Assembly: GCA_018825785.1 (NCBI GenBank)
Contig: JAHKAY010000020.1
Location: 2,111-66,110, forward strand
Length of the DNA: 64,000 bases
Source: Chloroflexota bacterium
GTDB lineage: Bacteria > Chloroflexota > Dehalococcoidia > JACVQG01 > JAHKAY01
Direction: 5' to 3'
Shown: positions 1 to 9,463 of the stretch, piece after piece
How positions within the stretch are numbered: position 1 is the first letter of the stretch
Layout of the letters: each line of letters opens with the position of its first letter
The notes under the pieces: model-generated
What the model was told of the DNA's origin: nothing
Databases searched by the model: none
Seen by the model: the letters and a program-made list of their open reading frames with translations, nothing else
Program-made: the position numbers and the translations under genes

Positions 1-623
1 ATCCGGTTAAACTCTTCCAGCCGGTCCTCCAGATGCTTGGCAATTCTCGCTTTATCCTGGACATGAAGCAGAGTAACGCGTTTTGCGCCACCTTCTACGA
101 TTCTCCCCACGTAGGCAAATGCCCGCTCGGATGTATCTGAGAAGTCTGTAGGGTAGAGAATATTATTTAGTAAATCGCTGCACGCCACTTCGCATCGCTT
201 TTCGCTGCCTTCCTCTTTAATCTCGAGACGCACTACCAGCACAGGTGTGACAGCATTGCGGATAATTTTGAAGGCAACGCTGCCCAGCGTAATCTCTTTC
301 ATCAGGCTAGCGCCATGAGACCCGACAATGGTTAAAGATACTCCCTTCTCCTTTGCTATCCTGTTGATTTCCAATTCGGGAATGCCGGGGGCGATTTCAA
401 TTGTGGCCTCAAAACCCTGACTTTCGATCATAGCCTTTTGAGCCAGTAATTTCGGCTCAACCATAGGAGTCAGCAAGCGCGCTAAGTCCTCAATATGCTT
501 GAGCCCGAGAGCATGAATGAGAATAGCCTTCTCTGCTCCCAGTCGGCGCAACCCCTGTAAGCATGAAATCACGCGGTCAGACGCTTCCGATAAATCAGTG
601 GCTACCAAGATTTTGCTGAACAT
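1..623 (-). CDS. Universal stress protein, tandem USP domains (3' end runs off the window)
   Basis: Manual translation gives MFSKILVATDLSEASDRVISCL...IVGSHGASLMKEITLGSVAFKIIRNAVTPVLVVR, then a second domain IIFYPTDFS. RBS AGGAGG. Missing from the ORF track because it is truncated. Confidence 0.85.
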   Translation of the reverse strand, partial: MFSKILVATDLSEASDRVISCLQGLRRLGAEKAILIHALGLKHIEDLARLLTPMVEPKLLAQKAMIESQGFEATIEIAPGIPELEINRIAKEKGVSLTIVGSHGASLMKEITLGSVAFKIIRNAVTPVLVVRLEIKEEGSEKRCEVACSDLLNNILYPTDFSDTSERAFAYVGRIVEGGAKRVTLLHVQDKARIAKHLEDRLEEFNR

Positions 624-667
624 TTTTCAATCCTCCTTTTTGTTGTTTCAATCCCTTGCATTGTCCT

Positions 668-1780
668 CTAGCTACCCTTGTCTTTCGGGTTCGACGCCAC
701 AGCCATCACAGGCTTCCCGGCAAAATACCTCCTCTGGAAGTAGAGCGACAGGTTCACCAGGCTGATAAGCACCGGCACCTCGACCAGGGGGCCGATAACG
801 GCAGCGAAAGCCTGCCCGGAACCGATGCCAAATACGGCTACCGCTACAGCGATGGCCAGCTCGAAGTTGTTGCTGGCGGCAGTGAAGGCGATACTGGCTG
901 TCCTGGAGTAGTCGGCTCCAATCTTCTTACCCATGTAAAAAGAGACCAGGAACATGACCACAAAGTAGATGAGCAGCGGTACGGCTATCTTCACCACGTC
1001 CAGCGGAATCTGCACGATAAGCTCACCCTTCAGGGAGAACATTACCACTATGGTGAAAAGCAGGGCTGCCAGGGTGATGGGGCTTATCCTGGGGATGAAC
1101 TTGTTTTCATACCAGGCACGCCCCTTTGCTCTGATAAGCAGGAAGCGGGTGAGCATTCCGCCAAAGAACGGGATGCCTAGATAGATAAACACGCTCTGAG
1201 CTATCTGGCCGATAGTGACCTCGACCACCGAGCCCTCTAAACCGAACCAGGTAGGCAGAACCGTTATGAAGACGTAGGCGTAGATGGAGTAGAAGACTAT
1301 CTGGAAAATAGAGTTCAATGCTACCAGTCCGGCGGCATACTCGGTATCTCCCTTTGCCAGCTGATTCCAGACGATAACCATGGCAATACAGCGGGCCAAG
1401 CCTATCATAATCAAGCCTACCATATACTCAGGATACGGCCAGATGAAGCCGAGAAAAAGGATGGCAACGAGGAACATGATTATTGGTCCAATGACATAGT
1501 TCTGGAATAAGGATAGCCCCAGCACCCGCCAATCGCGGAAGACTTTTCCCAGCTCTTCGTATTTCACTTTGGCCAACGGCGGGTACATCATCAGAATGAG
1601 GCCCACGGCTATAGGGATTGAAGTGGTGCCGACAGAGAGCCGGGTGACAGCTTGGCCCACTTGCGGAAGGAAGTAGCCCAGCCCCACCCCGAGGCCCATC
1701 CCCAGGAATATCCAGAGGGTAAGAAAACGATCCAGAATTGATAGCCGGCGGATTACGCTCCCCGGCTCTGCGTTGCTCAT
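668..1780 (-). CDS. acr3: Acr3 family arsenite efflux transporter
   Basis: Motifs [51 protein letters not shown]; about 10 TM segments. Confidence 0.95.
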   Translation of the reverse strand: MSNAEPGSVIRRLSILDRFLTLWIFLGMGLGVGLGYFLPQVGQAVTRLSVGTTSIPIAVGLILMMYPPLAKVKYEELGKVFRDWRVLGLSLFQNYVIGPIIMFLVAILFLGFIWPYPEYMVGLIMIGLARCIAMVIVWNQLAKGDTEYAAGLVALNSIFQIVFYSIYAYVFITVLPTWFGLEGSVVEVTIGQIAQSVFIYLGIPFFGGMLTRFLLIRAKGRAWYENKFIPRISPITLAALLFTIVVMFSLKGELIVQIPLDVVKIAVPLLIYFVVMFLVSFYMGKKIGADYSRTASIAFTAASNNFELAIAVAVAVFGIGSGQAFAAVIGPLVEVPVLISLVNLSLYFQRRYFAGKPVMAVASNPKDKGS

Positions 1781-1824
1781 AGTTTACTCCTACATCCCTT
1801 CGGCCAATTCAGGCATCAACGGCA

Positions 1825-2658
1825 TCATTCCAGAAGCCTGGCTAGAGCTTCACGGTCTTCAGAAAATTCAGGTTGTGAAAGCGGAAGACACTCCTCCAGG
1901 CTCTTCTTCCCCTGGTTGAGGGAAAAGGCAAAGGCGAAGCAGGTGGGCAGGCCACATTTCTTGCAGTTTGTCCTCGGCAGAAGCTTATACAGGGAGAGAG
2001 CCCCAACTTTGGATCTCTCCGCTCTGCCGAGAAGACCCCCGGGCTCGGTGACTCGCCACACCATCTTGTGACATATCGGCGGCTCTGGGTATGCCCCAAG
2101 GTCATAAAGCGAGTAATTCATGAACTCCACTGGCTCTTCCTGGTAGCAGCTCCGGACCGCTCTCTCTACGATTTCGGGACTCAATCCGGGGACCTCCAGG
2201 TCTCTTTCTCCCGGTTTGCACAGCAGGTTGACAACGGCAATGACCTGCTTGCTGAATCTCTCGATCATCTCGGGGGGCAGATTGTACAGATAAGGGGTGG
2301 GAGCCTTCGTTCCTATTATCTGCCTGTTCTCGTCAACCCCGTTTTGCTTCAGTGCCAGGAGGGACTCCCCCGGCAAATGGCCCACCGATTCCCTCCCGCA
2401 GAGTACGATGTAGCGGATATTCGGATTGGCCACGATATTGCAGATCATCTTCTCCATGCCAACGTTTTCGGTCTGGAGCGTCCCGGCAAGGGCCGCACCC
2501 GAATCCATCCCCGCCACTACCAGCTCGGTCAGCTCCATCGGAATTTTAAAGTCGAAGGTGTCCAGGATGACGCACACGGCCACCGGTGAGAAGTCGTTGC
2601 CCCTGGCATAGCGCCCCTGCTCTGGAGGGTACCCGTCTGCCGGTTTCACCTTCAGCAT
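1825..2658 (-). CDS. Soluble MtrA-like corrinoid-binding protein fused to a C-terminal CX2CX4CX16C Fe-S domain
   Basis: MtrA signature TENVGMEKMICNIVANPNIRYIVLCGRESVGH (His at the MtrA cobalt-ligand position) and GVDENRQIIG. The C-terminal LPRTNCKKCGLPTCFAFA...C resembles the AcsC/CdhE/RnfB FeS domain. No membrane anchor. Confidence 0.85.
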   Translation of the reverse strand: MLKVKPADGYPPEQGRYARGNDFSPVAVCVILDTFDFKIPMELTELVVAGMDSGAALAGTLQTENVGMEKMICNIVANPNIRYIVLCGRESVGHLPGESLLALKQNGVDENRQIIGTKAPTPYLYNLPPEMIERFSKQVIAVVNLLCKPGERDLEVPGLSPEIVERAVRSCYQEEPVEFMNYSLYDLGAYPEPPICHKMVWRVTEPGGLLGRAERSKVGALSLYKLLPRTNCKKCGLPTCFAFAFSLNQGKKSLEECLPLSQPEFSEDREALARLLE

Positions 2659-3390
2659 TACGTTTGACCCCTGCTCAGCAGTGCCTTGTACACCGCTTTC
2701 TCTCTCACCCTTGGGATTGCTCTCTCGTTCAACTTCCGCAGCGAAGTCACGACAGCCTCAAGGTCTTTGACGGGAAACCCGAGCACACACTCGCTTTCAT
2801 CCAGGTTTGTCGCCTCGCGACATCCGTAGCAGCCCCGGGGAGGTGTTGACCTTCTTGGTCAGAAACGGCATGATGGTTACATCAACGCAGGTGGCCTGCA
2901 GGATACCCGTGCTGAACTCAAGCCTTCCCCCGGTTTCGAAGACCAGGGCCAGGGCTACCCACATGAGGTGCTCAGGGGCGGACTCCAGGACCACTACATC
3001 GGGCTCGAAGGGTGCTTCGGCCAGCGGACAGCAGGCTACCATCTTGTATTTGCCCATCTCAAGGCGAGGCATGGTGTCCAGGGTGTGCCTCGCAGCCGCC
3101 GGGCTTCCAAATATGCCCATACCGGCGGGCATCTCTCCTGACAAGAGCTTGGCCGGCGGCTCTTTGAAGCCCAGGGCCCAGGCCGCCGCCGGGCACGAGG
3201 TATTATCCGCAGTGAGGAGAAACCTCTTGCCCTCCCTGGCACCCATCAGAACCTGGCAATAGCGTCGCTCACTGGGGAGTTCAAAACCTGGCAAGCTGAT
3301 TCGCTCGTCAATGAACTTCACCGCTATCGGCTCGGAGGGCAGGCCCAAGAAGTTCTTCATGATAGTCGCCTGTTCCTGCCACTCCGTCAT
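2658..3390 (-). pseudogene. DUF169 family protein with a +1 frameshift at 2833-2840 (pseudogene or sequencing error)
   Basis: Motifs RYCQ, SCPAAAWALG, QATC. Removing one base in CCCCGGGG restores GCYGCREATNLDESECVLGFP...RGQT*, whose stop overlaps the next ATG (TAATG). Confidence 0.8.
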
Positions 3391-3402
3391 TCTTGCTTCC
3401 AC

Positions 3403-3798
3403 CTAATGCACCGCCTCGCCCAGCATCCTCACAACCCTGGCCTTGATCTCATCCCTTATTCCCCTGACCTCCTCAATAGTTTTGCCTTTGGGGTCCTCCA
3501 ACTCCCAGTCCTCGGTTTCGACCCAGGTGGCTGGGCACAACGCCTCCACCCCACAGCCCATGGTCACCATCTTGTCCGCCTGGCCAACCATCTCCGGGGT
3601 GAGGGCCCTCGGCTTTTTGGCGGATAGGTCTATGCCTACCTCCTGCATCACCTTGACGACCGCAGGGTCAACGGCTTCATCGGGATCGGTGCCTGCCGAA
3701 AGCGCCATCGCTTTGCCCTGGGCGAGCCGATTGAAGAACGCTTCGGCCATCTGACTGCGGCCGGAGTTGTGGACACAGACGAAGAGCACTGTTTTCAA
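3403..3798 (-). CDS. arsC: Thioredoxin-coupled arsenate reductase (LMW-PTP fold)
   Basis: P-loop FVCVHNSGRSQMAEAF, resolving Cys in TMGC...LCP, DWELEDP. TTG start after GGAGG overlaps the upstream stop. Confidence 0.92.
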   Translation of the reverse strand: MKTVLFVCVHNSGRSQMAEAFFNRLAQGKAMALSAGTDPDEAVDPAVVKVMQEVGIDLSAKKPRALTPEMVGQADKMVTMGCGVEALCPATWVETEDWELEDPKGKTIEEVRGIRDEIKARVVRMLGEAVH

Positions 3799-4346
3799 CG
3801 CTGAACCTCCATCTTCTTGCTGCCGTCGAGGACTTCGAAATGCCTCCCCTTCAGACAACGTTCCATCAGGTAGCCGATGCCGATGAAAAGGGGCAAGGAC
3901 ACCAGAGTGCGGGCCAATGAGAACCTGACGCCCAGGTAGCCTATCTCTATGCCCAGCATGGGAATTTTCATTGACGAAAATGCACCTAGGTAAATGAAGA
4001 TATTCCGTATGCTCGCGCCTTTTCTATAGAGTAGAAAGGCTACCGGAAAAGCTCCATATAACGGCCCTGCCTGGAGCATGGCAAGCAGCACCACGAGCAT
4101 CATACCTTTGATTCCCGATTTCTGCCCAATATGCTTCTGAATCTTCTCTTTGGGCACCCAGACATCAAACAAGCCGACGATGACAAACAGAAACGGCACA
4201 AAGGTGATCATCTCGACGAAAGACTGTGTGAAATTGGTGAAGACGGCTCTGCCGGGATTGAATCCCAGGATAAGAGACAATATGGTTAGGATGACGTAAG
4301 CCGTAACCCATATGTAATTGCGGTGCTCTTTGAGAAATCCCTTCAT
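3795..4346 (-). CDS. DUF318/ArsP-like permease, second subunit of a split pair
   Basis: Hydrophobic; AGPLYGAFPVAFLLYRKGAS motif; translationally coupled to its neighbours. Confidence 0.7.
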   Translation of the reverse strand: MKGFLKEHRNYIWVTAYVILTILSLILGFNPGRAVFTNFTQSFVEMITFVPFLFVIVGLFDVWVPKEKIQKHIGQKSGIKGMMLVVLLAMLQAGPLYGAFPVAFLLYRKGASIRNIFIYLGAFSSMKIPMLGIEIGYLGVRFSLARTLVSLPLFIGIGYLMERCLKGRHFEVLDGSKKMEVQR

Positions 4347-4825
4347 AATACTAGCCCCACGAGCAACCCGGTAATCACTGCAGCCACGAAATTCAGGGCA
4401 TTTCGAGCGATAGCCACTCTTTTTCCAAAGTACCTAATCTCCAACGGTAGCGTGACCACTCCCACCATCATCAAGGTGGTCATGAATGTGGCAACCACTG
4501 CGTAGGAAGCCCCCTGTTGAATAAGCCCGGCAGCGATGGGATAGGAAATAAACCCGGGAATCAGGGTGATGGAACCGACCAGCGCCGCTATAGAGAAGCC
4601 CAACACCCCAGAATTGGCGCCGAGGTAATGGCTGATAACACTGGGAGGAACGAAATATAGCACCACACTGATTAGAATCAGGATATTCAGAAAAGGGAGC
4701 AGAACGTTCCTGAACATCCTCCATCCCCTCTTGACCCCCTCCAGGGTCTTCTTCCGGTCAAGGGCAATAGATACCATCGATAGCACGGCGCACAGCGTTA
4801 TGAAAGTAATGGCGTTACTACTCAA
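4343..4825 (-). CDS. DUF318/ArsP-like permease, first subunit of a split pair
   Basis: Hydrophobic; IPGFISYPIAAGLIQQGAS and LPLEIRYFG motifs; ATGA overlap with the next gene. Confidence 0.7.
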   Translation of the reverse strand: MSSNAITFITLCAVLSMVSIALDRKKTLEGVKRGWRMFRNVLLPFLNILILISVVLYFVPPSVISHYLGANSGVLGFSIAALVGSITLIPGFISYPIAAGLIQQGASYAVVATFMTTLMMVGVVTLPLEIRYFGKRVAIARNALNFVAAVITGLLVGLVL

Positions 4826-5250
4826 ACTGGCTCCTGTGTCCCTTGAATGGGTCTGGCCAGCGATTCCCTGGTGCGCCGGGCAATAAGGTCAATCTCCTCT
4901 GGGGCTAGCTTGAACTGGTGATTCTTGGCAACTCCCTCCTCGGTGACACAAATCCAGTCGGTTGCTTTCAGCCCAGCATGTTCAATTGCTTTCCTGTCGC
5001 AGGCCACCTGGCAGCCGTCCAGGGCCACAATTCTCTTGGCTCCTCTGGCCGACTCCACCATGCCGTCGATATGTGCAGCAATGCCAGCTAGGCAGTAGAT
5101 ATGGCCCACTCCTTCCTCATCCAACCTGATAGCCACCTGGTTGGTGATCTGCCCGCAGTTGGAGCCTCCGGAGCAGGGCAAAAAGGTAGTCTCCTCCGCA
5201 CTGCATTCGCATGTAAGAGCACCGTCTGCTTGAGGCTCACTCTCCACCAT
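4822..5250 (-). CDS. DGC domain putative metal-binding protein
   Basis: Motifs CSGGSNCGQ, CLAG, ALDGCQVAC; extra N-terminal CEC. Confidence 0.85.
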   Translation of the reverse strand: MVESEPQADGALTCECSAEETTFLPCSGGSNCGQITNQVAIRLDEEGVGHIYCLAGIAAHIDGMVESARGAKRIVALDGCQVACDRKAIEHAGLKATDWICVTEEGVAKNHQFKLAPEEIDLIARRTRESLARPIQGTQEPV

Positions 5251-5296
5251 CGCGCATCCTCCCATTGTCAATTAGCGTCATGGTAAATGGACTTCT

Positions 5297-5734
5297 TCAC
5301 TCCTCCAATACGGTCTTTACGATCAGCTCTTTAGCCTTCTTAACCTCATCGTCAGAGATATAATCCATCACACCCTTGATCTCTTTGCCGATGTCCTCAC
5401 TGAGAGATTTCTTTTTCATGCCTATATCACGGGTAAGCACAATGCTGACTGGCTTGAATCCGGCCTGTTCCAGTATCTTGCGACTGCACTCAAAAGGACA
5501 GCCATCCACTGTGACAACCTTCTTTGCCGCTGTGGTCTTGCCCAAGACCGGCTTCACGTTGGTCGGTAATCCCCCCAGGCACATGATAGCCGCTTTTTCC
5601 AGTCCCAGTTCTTTCACGGCTTCCAGACAGGCAAGCGCGCTCGTGATGCCAGTGTTGGATGCCCCGCCGAAACAGGAAAATATCACGTTCTCGTGGGTAT
5701 TTACTCCTGCCCGCCATTGTTGTTCTTCCGCCAT
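5297..5734 (-). CDS. DGC domain putative metal-binding protein (second paralog)
   Basis: Motifs SCFGGASNTG, MCLGG, VDGCPFEC. Start MAEEQQ follows GGAGAGG. Confidence 0.8.
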   Translation of the reverse strand: MAEEQQWRAGVNTHENVIFSCFGGASNTGITSALACLEAVKELGLEKAAIMCLGGLPTNVKPVLGKTTAAKKVVTVDGCPFECSRKILEQAGFKPVSIVLTRDIGMKKKSLSEDIGKEIKGVMDYISDDEVKKAKELIVKTVLEE

Positions 5735-5769
5735 TTTGACCTCTCCTGTACTCTCGTTATTGGCTTCCC

Positions 5770-6018
5770 CTATTCTTTGGCGAGAGCCGTGGTGATGAAC
5801 GTGATAACCTCTGCCTTGGTAGGCACCCGCCCAGAGCAGACCAGCTGCTCGTTCACGACAAGACCCGGGGTGGTCAGAATGGGATACGCCATTATCTTCT
5901 TGATGTCTTTGACCTCCTCGATGGTGGCCTCTATTCCCAGCTCCTTCACCACTTCTTTGGCCGTCTGTTCTATCTGATGGCACCTGGCACAACCGGGTCC
6001 GAGCACCTTGATCACCAT
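5770..6018 (-). CDS. Small redox-active disulfide (thioredoxin-like) protein
   Basis: IKVLGPGCARC and TPGLVVN motifs; typical arsP neighbour. Confidence 0.88.
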   Translation of the reverse strand: MVIKVLGPGCARCHQIEQTAKEVVKELGIEATIEEVKDIKKIMAYPILTTPGLVVNEQLVCSGRVPTKAEVITFITTALAKE

Positions 6019-6065
6019 TCCCTTGCCTCCTTTCGCCTACTCCAAAGTCGTTCTAGGTTCAGATG

Positions 6066-7121
6066 CTAACCGGCGACAAAGCCATATATCAATCCTGCGG
6101 CAGTACAGCAGACGATGATTAAGCCTACATACCAGAAGAGTCTTCTGTTGCCAATCATCTGCCGGACGACCAGTAAGCTGGGCACGGACACAACCGGGTC
6201 GGCCAGCAGGTAGGCCAGCAGCGGCCCCCTACCCACGCCCACATCGAGGAAGAGCCGTGCCATTGGTACTTCTACCAGGGTTGGGAAGTATGCCACCACC
6301 CCAAACAGCACTGCCGCCAGCGTCGCAGGCAAAGAGGCGCTTCCGAAATGCTGCTGAACGAACTCGGCCGGTATCACCACTCTGAGCATTCCGGCCACAA
6401 AGACACCGATAAGGAGCAGGGGGACAATGGTGCGGACAAAGAACCAGGTCTCTCTCATCCAGCTCCTAGTGTCGCTCCAGGTCAATCCGCGCCTGACCAC
6501 GAACACAAGAGCGGCGAGGAGCGGCGCAAGCCCGGCCAGTTTCACCGGAACACGTAGCAAAGGCGAAGCCCCCCAGAGCAAGATAGCCAGAAGGAGGCTG
6601 AAGAATAGCCAGAGCCATCTGGAGCTGCTGCGGTTCCCCGCCGCAGAGAACGCCCGTTGAGTTGCAGCATTAGGCGCGTCGCTAGATTTGTCAGGGAAAA
6701 AGGCGGTCATAGTGGCCCCGATGATAATGGCGAACGTAATAGACAGGACGATTCGGGCGAGGGCGATGTCAGGCCCAATCAGTGATGACGTGTAAGTGAT
6801 GGCCAGTATGTTGGTAGCCGGGGCCGTATAGAGAAACGCGATGGCGGGTCCCAGACCAGCCCCGCTCTTTCGTACCCCGGCAAAAAGCGGCAGGACAGTA
6901 CAGGAGCAAACGGCCAGACACAGTCCACCAACGATGGCCATCGGGTAGGCAACATGTTTGGGTGAGTGAGGCCCGAGGTAGCGCAGGACCTTCTCCTTGG
7001 GAAACAGGGCATAGAGCGCGCCCGCTAAGAAGAAGGCAGGCACGACAAAAGGCAAGTGGACGAGTAGATAGTCCTGGAGAGTACCTACACCACCCTGGAA
7101 GAGATCATCAACAATGGACAC
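6066..7121 (-). CDS. arsP: ArsP (DUF318) permease, putative organoarsenical efflux
   Basis: AVCSCTVLPLF, GAGLGPAIAFLYTAPA, YFPTLVEVP; two-repeat membrane architecture. Confidence 0.82.
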   Translation of the reverse strand: MSIVDDLFQGGVGTLQDYLLVHLPFVVPAFFLAGALYALFPKEKVLRYLGPHSPKHVAYPMAIVGGLCLAVCSCTVLPLFAGVRKSGAGLGPAIAFLYTAPATNILAITYTSSLIGPDIALARIVLSITFAIIIGATMTAFFPDKSSDAPNAATQRAFSAAGNRSSSRWLWLFFSLLLAILLWGASPLLRVPVKLAGLAPLLAALVFVVRRGLTWSDTRSWMRETWFFVRTIVPLLLIGVFVAGMLRVVIPAEFVQQHFGSASLPATLAAVLFGVVAYFPTLVEVPMARLFLDVGVGRGPLLAYLLADPVVSVPSLLVVRQMIGNRRLFWYVGLIIVCCTAAGLIYGFVAG

Positions 7122-7130
7122 GCCATACCC

Positions 7131-7152
7131 CTATATGCGCACCAACGCAGAC
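7131..7152. promoter_or_regulatory. Candidate ArsR operator upstream of arsP
   Basis: CTATATGCGCA is identical to 7552-7562 upstream of arsR; imperfect dyad ATATGCG-N6-CGCAGAC. Confidence 0.5.
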
Positions 7153-7176
7153 AGCCTGCGCAAAAAAAGAGAGGCG

Positions 7177-7536
7177 TTACCTTGCCATCTGTCGGACACA
7201 ACCAGGCCCAACGCGCTCAACCATCTTAAGGCGCTCCCTATCCAGGGTCACCACCTCGTTCCCTTCCAGCGCCTTCCTCACCGCCTCCACCAAGTCGGAG
7301 AAGTGCTCTTTCATTCCCTCCCGATCTATTGAGTACAGCGACCACAGGCCATCCTTCCTCAGCTTCAAGAGGCCAGCGTCATACAAAGCACTAAGGTTCC
7401 TGGAAGCCCTCGTCTGCGAGATGTCCAGAGCCTGCATAACTTCACAGACGCAACATTCTCTCTCTAGGAGCAGGTTTAGTATCCTGAGCCTGGTCTCATC
7501 CGAGAGGGCCTTGAAGGCTTTCACCAGCTCACGCAT
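7177..7536 (-). CDS. arsR: ArsR/SmtB family repressor
   Basis: FKALSDETRLRIL, ECCVCE metal site, HTH SQTRASRNL, C-terminal Cys. Confidence 0.92.
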   Translation of the reverse strand: MRELVKAFKALSDETRLRILNLLLERECCVCEVMQALDISQTRASRNLSALYDAGLLKLRKDGLWSLYSIDREGMKEHFSDLVEAVRKALEGNEVVTLDRERLKMVERVGPGCVRQMAR

Positions 7537-7551
7537 CGACGCCTTGTTCCT

Positions 7552-7602
7552 CTATATGCGCATCCACACCTATAGCTTACCATGCTCGAGGAGTTCAGTC
7601 AA
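7552..7602 (-). promoter_or_regulatory. sigma70 promoter with candidate ArsR operator
   Basis: TTGACT-N17-TAAGCT on the minus strand, followed by a copy of CTATATGCGCA. Confidence 0.55.
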
Positions 7603-7734
7603 CCGTTAAGCCTAAGAGGCCTGCGCAGCCGAAGTGTGCGGAGCATGCCGCAAGTCACATATTGCACATGACGCAGCCCATTGACGAAAGCGAGAATTGT
7701 GCTCAGAGGCTTCAACAGAATGAGTTCTTGTCCC

Positions 7735-8565
7735 CTAACCTGGCTTGGTGGCGGAAACCTTCATGCTCAGGACTGAGTCTGCAACCTCCCCCAAAGTTTC
7801 TGGCGATACTTTCAGATTAGTGGCGATTCCCTGAGCAAGCGGTTCGCTGACTATGTGGTTGAAGGAGAACAAAGCCTCATCAATAATCGCGACGTCGCGG
7901 AAGCCTGCGGCTCTCATGGCTTCCAGGTATTCATCCTTGATTGCTGCTCCGGCAATACAGCCAACATATGCTTCAATCGAATGCAAGAGGGGTTTGGGGA
8001 GCGGCTTTAGTAGAACTATGTCCGAGACTAGGAGCCTCCCGCCTGGTCTTAGCACGCGAAATGCTTCCGAAAAAACCTTCGGTTTGTCAGGCGAAAGATT
8101 AATGACGCAGTTGGAGACGACTACATCGACGGAACTATCATGGACTGGCAGGTCTTCAATATCCCCTTGCCTAAACTCCACATTGCCGAAATTACCTTCT
8201 TGGGCATTCTGTTGTGCCTTTTCCACCATCTCTGGGGTCATATCCACGCCGATGACCCTGCCGCTCTTCCCAACCTTCTTTGCAGCAAGAAAACAGTCAA
8301 AGCCTGCCCCTGAACCAAGATCGAGAACGATGTCACCCTTCCTTAAGGAGGCGATGGCCACAGGATTACCACATCCCAGACCCAGATTTGCTCCTTCAGG
8401 AACCGCTTCAAGCTCTTCGTCGGAATAGCCTATCCTCTTGCTCACTGCCTTTGCTGGACTGGGACCGCAAGAACACGGGCTGCCAGAACTGCAGCAGGAA
8501 CCACCCTGTCTTGCGATTCTGCCATAACCTTCCCTCACAATTCTCTTTTTATCTGCCTTTTCCAT
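7735..8565 (-). CDS. arsM: Arsenite S-adenosylmethionine methyltransferase
   Basis: N-terminal [34 protein letters not shown]. Confidence 0.95.
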   Translation of the reverse strand: MEKADKKRIVREGYGRIARQGGSCCSSGSPCSCGPSPAKAVSKRIGYSDEELEAVPEGANLGLGCGNPVAIASLRKGDIVLDLGSGAGFDCFLAAKKVGKSGRVIGVDMTPEMVEKAQQNAQEGNFGNVEFRQGDIEDLPVHDSSVDVVVSNCVINLSPDKPKVFSEAFRVLRPGGRLLVSDIVLLKPLPKPLLHSIEAYVGCIAGAAIKDEYLEAMRAAGFRDVAIIDEALFSFNHIVSEPLAQGIATNLKVSPETLGEVADSVLSMKVSATKPG

Positions 8566-8585
8566 TTCAACACTCCTTTCCTATC

Positions 8586-8864
8586 CTATCCTAGTATTTC
8601 TTTCGTCATCGGCCCGAGCATGCTCTTCACCATGTCGGTGACCTCTTCTACCTTGATTAGAGAAATGCAGCACACACGCCCCTCCCTTTCAAAGGTGACC
8701 AGGGCTAGCTTATCACCGGCACCAATGTTTGCCTTCTGCCTTGTTTCTTTCGGGAGAACCATCTGACCGCGCTCATCAATGCTCACCAGGGCCTCAACCC
8801 GGCAGCAGCCAATTCCTGCTTTCTTTGGTGAGTAGGAGCACCTGTTCCTGTTGGCCCGCCTCAT
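8586..8864 (-). CDS. AbrB/SpoVT-like DNA-binding protein with two Cys-Cys pairs
   Basis: CCRVEALVSIDERGQMVLPKETRQKANIGAGDKL...VCCISL. ATG follows GGAGGGG; directly upstream of arsM. Confidence 0.8.
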   Translation of the reverse strand: MRRANRNRCSYSPKKAGIGCCRVEALVSIDERGQMVLPKETRQKANIGAGDKLALVTFEREGRVCCISLIKVEEVTDMVKSMLGPMTKEILG

Positions 8865-8890
8865 ATTTGTCCCCTCCTGCCATAAAACAG

Positions 8891-8948
8891 AGAATTCTGA
8901 ATAATCAGACTGCGCTGAATTATAGGCCATGAGACAGGGAATTGTCAA
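8891..8948 (-). promoter_or_regulatory. Consensus sigma70 promoter with a downstream inverted repeat for the abrB-like/arsM unit
   Basis: TTGACA-N18-TATAAT (8948-8919) and the dyad TCTGA-ATAA-TCAGA (8896-8909). Confidence 0.65.
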
Positions 8949-9463
8949 GTAATTGGCGAAACAGAATTGAGGATCGTTAGGTGATTCACCGCGCCTCCAA
9001 AGGCACGCTAGAAGGACTTCAGCAGCAGACGTACCACCCAGCTCTTCAGATACCCTATCTCCTTGAGCAACCAAGCAGGGGCGGGGTCTCGGCTCACCCC
9101 TCCCGGCCCCTTCCTGAAGTAGTACTGGACCCCCAGGGTCCCCCGGAGGCCGAGGAGGGTCAGGATTCTGTCCCGGAGCCCGGGCTCCTTGACGGCCAGG
9201 AAGAAGAGCATAGCTCCAACAAGCCCCAGAAGAACCAGGGCCAGTGGGTTCTGGCCTCCGCAGCGTTGGCTTTGTCCTTGGCGTTCTGGGACACCTCAGC
9301 TCCTTTCTGTCGGTAGATTAGTCTACTACCTCACCAGGAGCTCACACTACCCCCTGAACTGTTCGGTGTTACTGCCCTGCTTTGTGTCCCATTATCGCTG
9401 ACGGTCTACAGATACTAGTTCAACGTATGCACAACCACGCGCTTGCCGAAATAGAAAAGGGCT

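Noticed and set aside
1825-2658. Calling this gene hgcA, or treating it as evidence of methanogenesis
   Set aside because: It lacks the HgcA N(V/I)WCA cap helix and TM domain, and no other mtr or mcr genes are in the window.
9008-9300. Possible small membrane protein (LALVLLGLVGAMLFFLAVKE) between the abrB-like gene and the second arsR
   Set aside because: The RBS-linked GTG is in a different frame from the hydrophobic stretch and no family is recognisable; at best a decayed gene.
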